DNA from: Candidatus Moraniibacteriota bacterium
GTDB lineage: Bacteria > Patescibacteriota > Minisyncoccia > Moranbacterales > GWC2-37-73
Direction: 5' to 3'
Length of the DNA stretch: 64,000 nt
Assembly: GCA_003507445.1 (NCBI GenBank)
Contig: DNVR01000019.1
Location: forward strand, 206,132 to 270,131
Under the pieces are notes generated by a model. It searched no databases. It worked only from the letters and a program-made list of their open reading frames with translations, and was not told the DNA's origin. Made by a program: the position numbers and the translations under genes. Shown one piece after another: positions 9,737-18,718 of the stretch (positions are counted from its first letter, which is position 1; every line of letters begins with the position of its first letter).

Positions 9737-10699
9737 ATGGCAAAGAGATTATTTGAGTCGGTAGGTAATGACGTTTCCGCTATTACTAAGGGATCACAAC
9801 CGGAAGAAATAAAAAAAATTACAAAAGAAGCGGGGGAAGATTCTAGGAAATTATTATTTGAGGAGATGGAATCTGATATTGAAAAAATTGCTCCCAGTCT
9901 CGTTGATATTTGCGAAAAAGTATTAGAAGAAAAACCAGATATAATAATTTTTCTTGATAAGAGCGCACGTATTTTTGCGGGTCCAATTAAAAAGTACCTT
10001 GGAGATTCAACTGAAGGCAAAAAAGATGTTTTGCCGAAATTTTATTTTTATAATAATGATACAATTAACCAAGAAATTACCAAATATAGAGGTGGAGTTT
10101 TTTGTGCTCAGGTTGATTTAGATCTGGAAAAGAAAATTGCCGATGAATTCAAAATATTGACAGGAAAGAAAATTTTTATAGTTGATGAAAATTATTCCTC
10201 TGGAAAGGTTTTACGTATGTGGATAGAAGTTAATAATGTGCTTAATGGTCTTGATCCGGAAACACAAATTCATTTCTTTGCTTTAACAAGAGATGAACAA
10301 GAAAGAGAGTATAAAGAGAGAGTTAAATTTTTTAAAAATGAAACATTAGAAAAGGCTGTTGCTGAGCCAAATTTTAAGTTTACAATTTATGACGCCGTAA
10401 AAACAAATGTTTTTTCTAAATCTGATCATTTTCAATATGTTCAAGATCGTGACTTAAACGGTAGTGTTATATCTGAAGGAATTAACAATTCTTTGAAAAG
10501 AAGCAAAATTGGTATAAATTCTCCCTTGGATTTGTCTAGTGCGAAGACAGATGATACACATCACACAAGGACAGGTACGTATGAAGAACGTGAAGAAGCA
10601 AATACTCGTATATTTGAAGCTGTAAAAATAGCGAAACAACGAACCTATGAAAAGATGAAGGAATTTTCAAATAATAAAAAAAATATTATTGGCACCTAA
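9737..10699 (+). CDS. Hypothetical protein with PRTase-like motif (cassette 2)
   Basis: PDIIIFLDKSAR and KKIFIVDENYSSG resemble the type I PRTase core. Confidence 0.65.
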   Translation: MAKRLFESVGNDVSAITKGSQPEEIKKITKEAGEDSRKLLFEEMESDIEKIAPSLVDICEKVLEEKPDIIIFLDKSARIFAGPIKKYLGDSTEGKKDVLPKFYFYNNDTINQEITKYRGGVFCAQVDLDLEKKIADEFKILTGKKIFIVDENYSSGKVLRMWIEVNNVLNGLDPETQIHFFALTRDEQEREYKERVKFFKNETLEKAVAEPNFKFTIYDAVKTNVFSKSDHFQYVQDRDLNGSVISEGINNSLKRSKIGINSPLDLSSAKTDDTHHTRTGTYEEREEANTRIFEAVKIAKQRTYEKMKEFSNNKKNIIGT

Positions 10700-10717
10700 A
10701 TTTCTAGCAGTTGAGTA

Positions 10718-10804
10718 TTATTGTTTTATCAAAGCCTTTGCTCGCTCTAATCTTGCCTCAACAACATCCCAATTTTCGATGATATCGGTACCCTAGCTTG
10801 TGCA
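10718..10804. repeat. Cassette-junction repeat E copy 3 (11-nt internal deletion)
   Basis: Minus strand reads TDIIENWDVVEARLERAKALIKQ*; lacks tcgaagcgtgt relative to copy 4. Confidence 0.88.
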
Positions 10805-10984
10805 TGCTAAACAGAACTCAGTTGAACTCTGTTTTTGTATAGAGAAATGAGCCTTTGAACAAAAAATTTAATAAATATTGACATTTTGCTTTGGATATGC
10901 AAATATTTGATATTCCTTAACAATTGTAAGAAGTGTTCATTTTTTTCTGATAATATCGACTATATCAAGACAAAGGAGAATGCC

Positions 10985-11623
10985 ATGGCTGACAACAGAG
11001 AGCATGATAGAGATTTCCTTAAACACGTAGAAATAATTAAGCCACCTTTTGCTGACCTTGCGAATGTGGACAGAAATGCCGGATGCAATTCGTTTCCTGC
11101 TTGGGTCGGCGAAGCATGCGTTGGACTTATCTTTGATCCTGCAAGACTTGCTCCTGATGAAAAAAGAATCTCAATTCTTCCTGATGACTGGATACTGGCA
11201 CTCATGAGACAGGATCCCCAAGATCTTTCGAACATGGCTGCGCTTTGGATGCATTACAATGTGTTTTGGGGCGGGGGAATAAGTACTTCTATTGAAAATA
11301 TTAAAATTCTTGGAAAGGGGAGATTAATGGAGAAAGGTCAGAAATGTTATCTGCCGACAATACACATGAAAATCAGGTCTGCAGGTTCGGTAAATGCTTT
11401 CATTGACGGGGATGTCTGTGACGTCGATGAGTATGAGATTATCGAACTGATAGGTCGGCGTCTTCCTCCTCTTGAATATGAACATGCTTGCTTGCCGCTT
11501 GATACTCCACGGATGGATAGAGGTATGTCCAAGTGGGAAGTGATTCACAAGGAAGGAAATATTATAGACGAGTTTGCGGTACGTGCTCTTCAGAAAATGG
11601 ATGTTGAAATTATTTGCGTTTGA
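10985..11623 (+). CDS. Hypothetical protein (cassette 3)
   Basis: AAGGAG SD before ATG 10985; no recognisable motif. Confidence 0.7.
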   Translation: MADNREHDRDFLKHVEIIKPPFADLANVDRNAGCNSFPAWVGEACVGLIFDPARLAPDEKRISILPDDWILALMRQDPQDLSNMAALWMHYNVFWGGGISTSIENIKILGKGRLMEKGQKCYLPTIHMKIRSAGSVNAFIDGDVCDVDEYEIIELIGRRLPPLEYEHACLPLDTPRMDRGMSKWEVIHKEGNIIDEFAVRALQKMDVEIICV

Positions 11624-11659
11624 TAGGATTCTTAAGTCTAGAGAGAAAAGGAGGATTTT

Positions 11660-11839
11660 ATGGACAAGGTGGAAGCGGATGTGTTGCATCCCAGTCATGT
11701 CACTCGTATTTCGGACGCATCTTCTTTTGATGAGATATGCATTAATTGTGGTGCGACCGATAATCCTCTTGGACTGAGGGGTGAAGGTATATGGGGAGAG
11801 TTGGCCAAGCCATGCTCCAAAGCTGCTAAGACGCAATAA
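11660..11839 (+). CDS. Small His/Cys protein, putative zinc-binding (cassette 3; not in ORF track)
   Basis: AGGAGG SD; MDKVEADVLHPSHVTRISDASSFDEICINCGATD...PCSKAAKTQ*, 59 aa. Confidence 0.7.
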   Translation: MDKVEADVLHPSHVTRISDASSFDEICINCGATDNPLGLRGEGIWGELAKPCSKAAKTQ

Positions 11840-11864
11840 AAAGACATAACGGCAAATGCCATGG

Positions 11865-11899
11865 AGACTCGCAAATCGAAAGATTTGCGAGTCTTTTTT
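11865..11899 (+). terminator. Terminator closing cassette 3
   Basis: agactcgcaaatc-gaaa-gatttgcgagtct plus T run. Confidence 0.85.
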
Positions 11900-11994
11900 C
11901 ATTTCATTAAAGTTTTTGCGCGCTCCAATCTTGTCTCAACAACATCCCAATTTTCTATTATATCGGTTCGAAGCGTGTACCCTAGCTCTGTGCA
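11899..11994. repeat. Cassette-junction repeat E copy 4
   Basis: Minus strand reads LGYTLRTDIIENWDVVETRLERAKTLMK*. Confidence 0.9.
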
Positions 11995-12073
11995 GGTGAT
12001 AAGATGCATCAATGCGATGTGTTCTGTGTTTTTTGGTGGTATAATGGGGTTATAAGCATATTATATAAAACAT

Positions 12074-13057
12074 ATGAAAAAGGTAGGCTTGTTTTTTGGG
12101 GGCTTGGGAAATGAAGCGGAAGTTTCGGTAATTTCAGCAAGGAACGTTGCTGAAAATTTTGATCATAAAAAATATGAGCTTGTTTTGGTATATTGGAATA
12201 AAAATGGATATTTTTATATCGTGAAAAATTTTGCTGAAATAAAAAATCCAAAGAAGAAAATTAAGGAAGAGGATTTCGCAAAATATTTTGACATTGCACT
12301 GCTAATGACTCATGGGCGATATGGAGAAGATGGAATTTTGCAGGGAATTCTTGAAAGATTTAGTGTTAAATATTGCGGTTGTCGATTGTTGTCATCAGCT
12401 TTGTGTATGGATAAGGCAGTTTGTAAGAGATTTCTGGAAGGGTATAAAATTAAACAATCAAAATTTGAAGTTATTGATTTAAATATCTTAGGAAAAAAAG
12501 AAATAGGAAATGTGATTAAAAAAATTAAGAAAGAATTTAAACTGCCAATGTTTGTGAAGCCCGCAAATTCAGGATCATCAGTTGGAATTACAAAAATTGA
12601 AAAAATAAGTCAATTGGAAAAAGGTATTAAAATAGCAGCAATGCATGATCAAAAGATTGTTGTTGAAGAAGGTGTCTTGGGAATGAGGGAGGTGGAAGTT
12701 GGAGTTTTGGGAAACAACTTGTTGAATGTGTCGCGACCAGGAGAGTTGATTTTGTCCAAAGATTTTTATGATTTTGATGAAAAATATAAAAACAATAAAA
12801 CAGAAATTAAAATTCCTGCAAAGCTTGCTGCCAAACAAGAAAAGGAGATTGTGCGTCTAGCTGAAAAAATTTATCACCTTTGTGATTGCAGGGGTTTTTC
12901 AAGGCTGGATTTCTTTGTGACAAAAAATAAAGTTTATTTTAATGAAATAAACACCCTGCCTGGCTTTACCCAATTTTCTATGTATCCACAGCTTATGATG
13001 AATAAAGGTATGAGTTATAAGGAGCTTGTAAATAAGATAATAGAGTTGGCGCTTTAA
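12074..13057 (+). CDS. ddl: D-alanine--D-alanine ligase
   Basis: HGRYGEDG, VKPANSGSSVG, NEINTLPGFT. Confidence 0.95.
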   Translation: MKKVGLFFGGLGNEAEVSVISARNVAENFDHKKYELVLVYWNKNGYFYIVKNFAEIKNPKKKIKEEDFAKYFDIALLMTHGRYGEDGILQGILERFSVKYCGCRLLSSALCMDKAVCKRFLEGYKIKQSKFEVIDLNILGKKEIGNVIKKIKKEFKLPMFVKPANSGSSVGITKIEKISQLEKGIKIAAMHDQKIVVEEGVLGMREVEVGVLGNNLLNVSRPGELILSKDFYDFDEKYKNNKTEIKIPAKLAAKQEKEIVRLAEKIYHLCDCRGFSRLDFFVTKNKVYFNEINTLPGFTQFSMYPQLMMNKGMSYKELVNKIIELAL

Positions 13058-13092
13058 ATATAAATTGTTAAATTGTTGAGCGATTTATAAAA

Positions 13093-13416
13093 ATGAGAAA
13101 TTATTCAAAAACTGGCGGAAAAGTTGGCAAGCCTGGGTACAGGACTTCTTCAATGTTTATCAATAAGGTTCTTGCTCAGGTGTCAAAAATACCAAAAGGA
13201 AAAACCTTAACTTACAAAGAAGTCGCTAGTCTTGTTGGCAGTCCAAAGGCTTATCGCGCGGTTGGCAATGTGCTTAATAAAAATCATGATCCCAATATCC
13301 CTTGCCACAGGGTTATTCGAAGCGATGGAAAAATTGGAGGATACAATAGGGGATCTGAAAAAAAGAAAAAACTTCTCCAGGCCGAAGGCGCAATTAAAAA
13401 AATCCACCATTCTTAA
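13093..13416 (+). CDS. MGMT/Ogt-like alkyl-DNA repair protein
   Basis: RAVGN and PCHRV motifs; start uncertain (13093 or 13153). Confidence 0.88.
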   Translation: MRNYSKTGGKVGKPGYRTSSMFINKVLAQVSKIPKGKTLTYKEVASLVGSPKAYRAVGNVLNKNHDPNIPCHRVIRSDGKIGGYNRGSEKKKKLLQAEGAIKKIHHS

Positions 13417-13456
13417 GTAGAAATAGTGGATTTTTTTGTATGTTTGAAGGCTTGTT

Positions 13457-14677
13457 TTATACAAAGGTCAAGGCTGTTCCGGTTTTGCCGGCGCGGCCTG
13501 TTCGTCCGATGCGGTGGATATAATCTTCATATGTTGCAGGCACATCAAAGTTGATCACGTGCGAAACATTTGGAATGTCCAGTCCGCGAGCAGCCACGTC
13601 GGTTGCCACCAAAATTTCAACGTAGTTTTCTTTGAAAAGTTTGAGTGCTTTTTGACGTTTAGCGTGAGATTTGTCTCCGTGAATTGATTGAGCCTTGAAT
13701 CCATTTTTACCCAAAATGATTGAAAGTTTTTCAGCTCCGTGTTTGGTGCGAGAAAAAATCAAAACTTTTGAGAAGTTTGCTTTGCGCAAAAGGTCTTGCA
13801 GGACTTCAATTTTGTCTTCGCCTGGTTTGACGCGCACAACATCCTGATCAATGTTAGCTGCAGTTTCTCGAGTTCGAATTGAAATTTTGATTGGGTCAAC
13901 CAAAAATTCTTGAATCAATTTTTCAATTTCAGGGGCAAGTGTTGCAGAGAAAAACAAAGTTTGTCTTTTTGGCGCAACAAGTGAAAGCAAATATCTAACG
14001 TCAGGCATAAATCCCATATCAAGCATACGGTCTGCTTCATCAAGAACCACATTTGCAAAAGTGTTGAGATGAAGATTTTTGCGTTGAATCAAATCCTTGA
14101 GTCGTCCTGGAGTTCCGATCACAACATTGTAACGTGAGCGAAGACATTCGATTTGAGTTCGAATGTTGGCACCACCAACAACCACCACTGACCCAATGCG
14201 AAGTCCAGCAGCAAAGGCGCGGAATTCTTCTTGAATCTGGATAGCAAGTTCGCGAGTTGGAACAACAACCAAAAGTTTTTCATGAGGATTTTTGATAATC
14301 TTATCAAGCATTGGAAGCAAAAATGCTCCAGTTTTTCCTGTGCCTGTGTTGGCTAGTCCAATTAAATCTTTTCCCTCAAGAATGTGGGGGATGGTTTTAT
14401 CTTGAATTGGAGTTGGGTGCTCAAAGCCACGAGCAGCAATATTTTTCTTGATTGATTCCTCTATTTTGAAATCAGCAAAAATAGTGTCTGGGACATATGC
14501 CTCAGCCTCGACGATTGGTGCCGCTTTATTAATAAATCGGCTGATATCAATATAATTTCCAGTGAAACGCTTTTTGCGACCACCTTGGTTATTGAATGAA
14601 TTTTTTTGTCCGCCTTGGAATGGCGCTCTTGAGCGCGTCGGGCGCGAACTGCCCGCTTTGAAGTTTCTGCTATGCAT
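13457..14677 (-). CDS. DEAD-box RNA helicase
   Basis: PTPIQ, ANTGTGKT, PTRELA, DEAD, SAT, HRIGRTGR; start taken at MHSRNF. Confidence 0.95.
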   Translation of the reverse strand: MHSRNFKAGSSRPTRSRAPFQGGQKNSFNNQGGRKKRFTGNYIDISRFINKAAPIVEAEAYVPDTIFADFKIEESIKKNIAARGFEHPTPIQDKTIPHILEGKDLIGLANTGTGKTGAFLLPMLDKIIKNPHEKLLVVVPTRELAIQIQEEFRAFAAGLRIGSVVVVGGANIRTQIECLRSRYNVVIGTPGRLKDLIQRKNLHLNTFANVVLDEADRMLDMGFMPDVRYLLSLVAPKRQTLFFSATLAPEIEKLIQEFLVDPIKISIRTRETAANIDQDVVRVKPGEDKIEVLQDLLRKANFSKVLIFSRTKHGAEKLSIILGKNGFKAQSIHGDKSHAKRQKALKLFKENYVEILVATDVAARGLDIPNVSHVINFDVPATYEDYIHRIGRTGRAGKTGTALTFV

Positions 14678-14806
14678 GTATATTTTAAACAAAACAAACT
14701 GGGAAGAAGCTTCCAAGCAAGAATCGTATACACAAAAAATTAAATGTTTTTTATGTATAGATACGCTTGATGACCAAACAACTGAAGGGTATTAACATAA
14801 AAAACA

Positions 14807-14847
14807 ATTGTAGCATCATTGACAAATTCTGTCAATAGGAGTATAAT
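14807..14847. promoter_or_regulatory. Overlapping divergent sigma70 promoters (glyQS on +, helicase on -)
   Basis: + strand TTGACA(14819)-17-TATAAT(14842); - strand TTGACA(14835)-17-TACAAT with extended TG. Confidence 0.8.
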
Positions 14848-14854
14848 AGAGCTA

Positions 14855-15140
14855 TGTGAGGTTGAGAAAGGGGTGGCTCCTTTTCCCCTGTAATAAGGGA
14901 AAATCGAACTTGCATAAAAAAGAGTTGTCCCGTCACTCGTGAGTGACAGGAAAGTCGGGTGGAACCGCCCCGTAAACATTTCCGAGATTTTAAATTCGCA
15001 AGAAATGTTTCGAGGTCCCGTGATAACCAAGAAATTTTGGTATGATTTTTTGGGAAATGCACGGGGCAGGCGAGCTACTTATTTGAAACTCGTTTTGCTT
15101 ATATCAACTTAGTTGATGTGCGCGAAATGGGTTTTTTATT
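14855..15140 (+). ncRNA. T-box riboswitch-like leader of glyQS
   Basis: CGGG-TGGAACC-GCCCCG at 14956-14972 pairs with CGAGGT-CCCG at 15011-15020; hairpin 14932-14947; downstream terminator-like hairpin; directly upstream of GlyRS. Confidence 0.7.
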
Positions 15141-15168
15141 TATTTAAATTTGTAATTAGTAGAATCAT

Positions 15169-16539
15169 ATGGAAGAAAAAAAAGTGGCAAAGATGGAGGA
15201 CATTGTTTCGTTTTGCAAAAGAAGGGGATTTATTTTTCCAACTTCTGAAATTTATGGAGGGCTGGCAAATTCATATAGCTATGGTCCATATGGAACGGAA
15301 CTGAAAAACAACATCAAAAAGATGTGGTGGAAAAAGTTTGTGCAAAAACGCGAAGACATTGTCGGAATGGATGGACCAATTTTGCTCAACACTAAACTCT
15401 GGGAAGCTTCCGGTCACATTGGAGGATTTAATGATGCTTCAGTGGATTGCAAAAATTGCAAAAAAAGATTTCGCGCTGATCACATTGTAAAAGAATTGAC
15501 AGGAGAGGATATGGAAGGGGAATTGGAAAAAATGACCAAGACTTTGCAAGCTGGGCTTAAATGTCCTGAGTGTGGAAAGTCAGACTGGACTGAAGTGCGA
15601 AATATGAGTCAAATGTTTCAAACTGAAATGAATAGTGTTGATGGCCCAATATATCTTCGTCCGGAAACCGCAGGAGCAATTTTCTCTGATTACAAAAATA
15701 TTATTGATTCAATGCGCGTGAAAATTCCTTTTGGAGTTGCACAAATTGGAAAGGCTTTCCGCAATGAAATTGTGGCAAGAAATTTCATTTTCAGAATCAG
15801 AGAATTTGAACAAATGGAAATCGAATATTTTATTAAGCCTGAAACTGATTGGGAACCATTGTTTGAAAAATGGTTGGATGAGCAAGAAGAATTCGCGCTT
15901 TCGCTTGGTGCAAAAAAAGAAGACTTGCGTCGCTATGAGCATCCCAAGGCAAAACTTTCACATTATTCCAAAAAGACCATCGATACGGAATATAATTTTC
16001 CATTCGGATTCGGAGAGCTTTTTGGATTGGCACATCGCGGCGATTTTGACTTGACTCAACATTCAAAATTTTCAGGACAAAAACTTGAATATTTTGATCC
16101 AGTGACCAATGAGAGATTTACTCCGCACGTGCTTGAACCGACGGTTGGTTTGGATCGTTTAATTTTGACTGCGATTTGCGCGGGTTATACTGAGGAAAAA
16201 TTGGAGGATGGTGAGCGCATTGTGATGAAGTTTCCCAACACTGTTGCGCCAATCAAGGTTGCAGTTTTTCCATTGATGAAAAATAAGCCAGAGTTGGTTG
16301 CAAAGGCCAAAGAAATTTTCCAAAATCTGAGCGAGGATTTTATGTGTGAGTTTGATGATAATGGAAATGTTGGGAAAAGATATCGCAGACAAGATGAGAT
16401 TGGAACTCCATATTGTGTGACGGTTGATTTTGATTCACTTGAAGACAGCACTGTCACAGTTCGCGACCGTGACACAATGCAGCAGGAAAGAATTGCAATC
16501 TCCGAACTGCAGAAATATTTCGGAGAGAAGTTGAAATAA
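15169..16539 (+). CDS. glyQS: Glycine--tRNA ligase (alpha2 type)
   Basis: SEIYGG, YLRPETA, FRNEI, REFEQMEIE, GKRYRRQDEIGTP. Confidence 0.96.
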   Translation: MEEKKVAKMEDIVSFCKRRGFIFPTSEIYGGLANSYSYGPYGTELKNNIKKMWWKKFVQKREDIVGMDGPILLNTKLWEASGHIGGFNDASVDCKNCKKRFRADHIVKELTGEDMEGELEKMTKTLQAGLKCPECGKSDWTEVRNMSQMFQTEMNSVDGPIYLRPETAGAIFSDYKNIIDSMRVKIPFGVAQIGKAFRNEIVARNFIFRIREFEQMEIEYFIKPETDWEPLFEKWLDEQEEFALSLGAKKEDLRRYEHPKAKLSHYSKKTIDTEYNFPFGFGELFGLAHRGDFDLTQHSKFSGQKLEYFDPVTNERFTPHVLEPTVGLDRLILTAICAGYTEEKLEDGERIVMKFPNTVAPIKVAVFPLMKNKPELVAKAKEIFQNLSEDFMCEFDDNGNVGKRYRRQDEIGTPYCVTVDFDSLEDSTVTVRDRDTMQQERIAISELQKYFGEKLK

Positions 16540-16554
16540 ATTTTGCACACGCAC

Positions 16555-16588
16555 AAAAAACGCTCCGCGATGTTGGAGCGTTTTTTTT
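16555..16588 (+). terminator. Intrinsic terminator after glyQS
   Basis: cgctcc...ggagcg stem plus T8. Confidence 0.85.
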
Positions 16589-16640
16589 GGTTTAATATCT
16601 ATGGTATAATAAAAGTGTTGAATTTTTAAAATTTTTTTCT

Positions 16641-17222
16641 ATGGATAAAAAAAGTAAAATATTACTTTGGTTTTTGGCGCTTTTAATTATTGCTTCAGTG
16701 GGGGCAACCTATTGGCGAATTATGGTCAAAAAGGATTACGTCATCGAAGCACAGATAGATTGCGATCCATATGAGGACGCGTGTTTTGTTTGGGAGTGTG
16801 ATCCTGAGTCGACAGTGGAGGGCGAGGCTTGCACTGGTGATCCTGAATTAGACGTTTGGTATTTTTCAGTGGCAGCAAGAAAAGCTGCGAACATTCCGCT
16901 TTGTAATCCTGAGACTGATGAAGATTGTGACCCATGGACTTGTGAAGATGGCGAGAAAAAGTGTTCAGAAACTTTTTGCAGCGAGGAACTTATGGCGGCG
17001 CAATATGCTTCAGCCTGTGTCGATCCGATTCAATTTGTTATAGATAATCCAGTGGAAGAAGATGTTGTTGAATGTGAAGAAAGTGATGAGGAATGCTTGG
17101 CACTCCAATCTGACGAAATTATTTGTGATCTTGAAGAAGATCCGACTTGTGTGATTGATGACATGGTGGCGACTGAGGATGAAGGTGAGAGTGAATCTGC
17201 AGAATTTGATGTGACTGAATAA
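16641..17222 (+). CDS. Membrane-anchored acidic, Cys-rich hypothetical protein
   Basis: N-terminal TM, 14 Cys, very Asp/Glu-rich. Confidence 0.75.
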   Translation: MDKKSKILLWFLALLIIASVGATYWRIMVKKDYVIEAQIDCDPYEDACFVWECDPESTVEGEACTGDPELDVWYFSVAARKAANIPLCNPETDEDCDPWTCEDGEKKCSETFCSEELMAAQYASACVDPIQFVIDNPVEEDVVECEESDEECLALQSDEIICDLEEDPTCVIDDMVATEDEGESESAEFDVTE

Positions 17223-17268
17223 TTAGTGATAATTGTCCCAGCTGACAATTCAGATTTATATTTAACTT

Positions 17269-17811
17269 ATGAAATTTGGGTGGATAAAAAAATTCAACTT
17301 GAAAATTTTGGCAATTGGCCATATCGTTTTTCATTCTTTTGATTATGCTTTCGATTATTTGCTTTACCCATATGTTATATATGAGTTAGGTCCTATTTAT
17401 GGTGGAGTGACGATGGCGGTTCTTTCGGCCATTGTCTGTCTCGGTATTGTGTGGGTGTATGATTTCCTGGAAAAAGACTGGCTTGGTATTGAAACAGTCA
17501 AAGAATTAGTGGAAGATTTTTTTAAGGAAGAAGAAGAAATTGCTAGAAAAAAATGGAGGAAGAAAGGAAAAAAAATTATGTATTGGATTTTTCATAGAAA
17601 TAAAATTGGTCAGTTTATATTTTTATCCATAGCATTTGATCCACTCATTACGACCGTATATCTAAGACCCGGATATCATCTTTATAACGGTTTCAGTAAA
17701 CGAGATTGGAAAGTTTTTTGGGGAAGTATTTTTGTTTCAAATGTTTGGTGGACCGGAGTTGCTTTTGTGGCAGTTTCGTCACTAAAGGAGTTGGTTATGA
17801 GGTTTTTTTAA
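17269..17811 (+). CDS. Hypothetical membrane protein
   Basis: 180 aa with several hydrophobic segments. Confidence 0.7.
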   Translation: MKFGWIKKFNLKILAIGHIVFHSFDYAFDYLLYPYVIYELGPIYGGVTMAVLSAIVCLGIVWVYDFLEKDWLGIETVKELVEDFFKEEEEIARKKWRKKGKKIMYWIFHRNKIGQFIFLSIAFDPLITTVYLRPGYHLYNGFSKRDWKVFWGSIFVSNVWWTGVAFVAVSSLKELVMRFF

Positions 17812-17889
17812 AAACAATTCAGGAGTATAATATAAAAAGGTGGCAATCAAAAGCAGTTCAAGTTAAATGTTAAGAAGAGTTGTGATTTC

Positions 17890-18696
17890 ATGAATGTGAA
17901 TCAAAAAGAAAAAATTAAAAAAAATAAATTTTCAATAGAAGATATTTACACTCCACTATCTGTTGCAAAAGAAGAAGTCTGGAAAAGGTGGAATGATAAG
18001 GAATTAAGAAAGAAGGTAGATGATTTTTTGAATGGGGATGTGCCTGAATTTTTTCTTAAGGATCCATTTTCGGTTATAGTTAGGCATCTTGCAAGCCCAA
18101 ACTACGAATCACTTTATTTTGCTGATTTAGCTAAGCAGTCGGGACTCGATGTCAAATTTTTTGAATTTCCAGATGATAAGTTTATAGCGAAAAACAGAGA
18201 TAAGTATAATTTATGCAGAATGTCTTTTTTTAATGGATTGGGAAAGAATTTTTACGAAATTATTGATGTTAAGAAGATAGTAAACATACAGGATTGTGAG
18301 GGAAAAAGATTTTGCGATATAAAAACTTTATGGGATGAAAACTTAGTTGATTTTCATCATAGATCATTATTTGAACTTTTGCCAGATGCAGACGGAAAAG
18401 TTTTTGATATATCGCCCTGGTTCAGAAGAAAAGGTAGCAAGCCAAAAGATTTCTATCTATATTATCTGGCACTTTTTGTTTGTTATGGAATTCTTTTTGA
18501 AAATTTTTCAGCAAAGGAGGAAATGGCAGAAAATAATTTTAATAAAGAAATAGTTTTTCCTGCGATTAATAAGCTGATTGATATTTTTGGCGTAAAGCCT
18601 TTGATTGTGCCTGCAATACCAGTTGAAAGCGAATCTCATTCTCATTGGTGGCATTATCCATCGGAAATAAAAAAAGTAATTCCACGAAATAACTAA
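17890..18696 (+). CDS. Hypothetical protein co-located with sensor kinase
   Basis: 268 aa soluble ORF ending 22 nt before the kinase. Confidence 0.75.
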   Translation: MNVNQKEKIKKNKFSIEDIYTPLSVAKEEVWKRWNDKELRKKVDDFLNGDVPEFFLKDPFSVIVRHLASPNYESLYFADLAKQSGLDVKFFEFPDDKFIAKNRDKYNLCRMSFFNGLGKNFYEIIDVKKIVNIQDCEGKRFCDIKTLWDENLVDFHHRSLFELLPDADGKVFDISPWFRRKGSKPKDFYLYYLALFVCYGILFENFSAKEEMAENNFNKEIVFPAINKLIDIFGVKPLIVPAIPVESESHSHWWHYPSEIKKVIPRNN

Positions 18697-18718
18697 TTTT
18701 TTTTAAAAAACAAAAAAT

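Noticed and set aside
8056-11994. Classical integron attC array
   Set aside because: The repeats lack RYYYAAC/GTTRRRY ends and long dyad symmetry, and there is no IntI tyrosine recombinase in the window.
14945-15075. RNase P RNA (CAGGAAAGTC resembles GAGGAAAGTCC)
   Set aside because: The other conserved RNase P regions are missing; the T-box interpretation fits the pairing and position.
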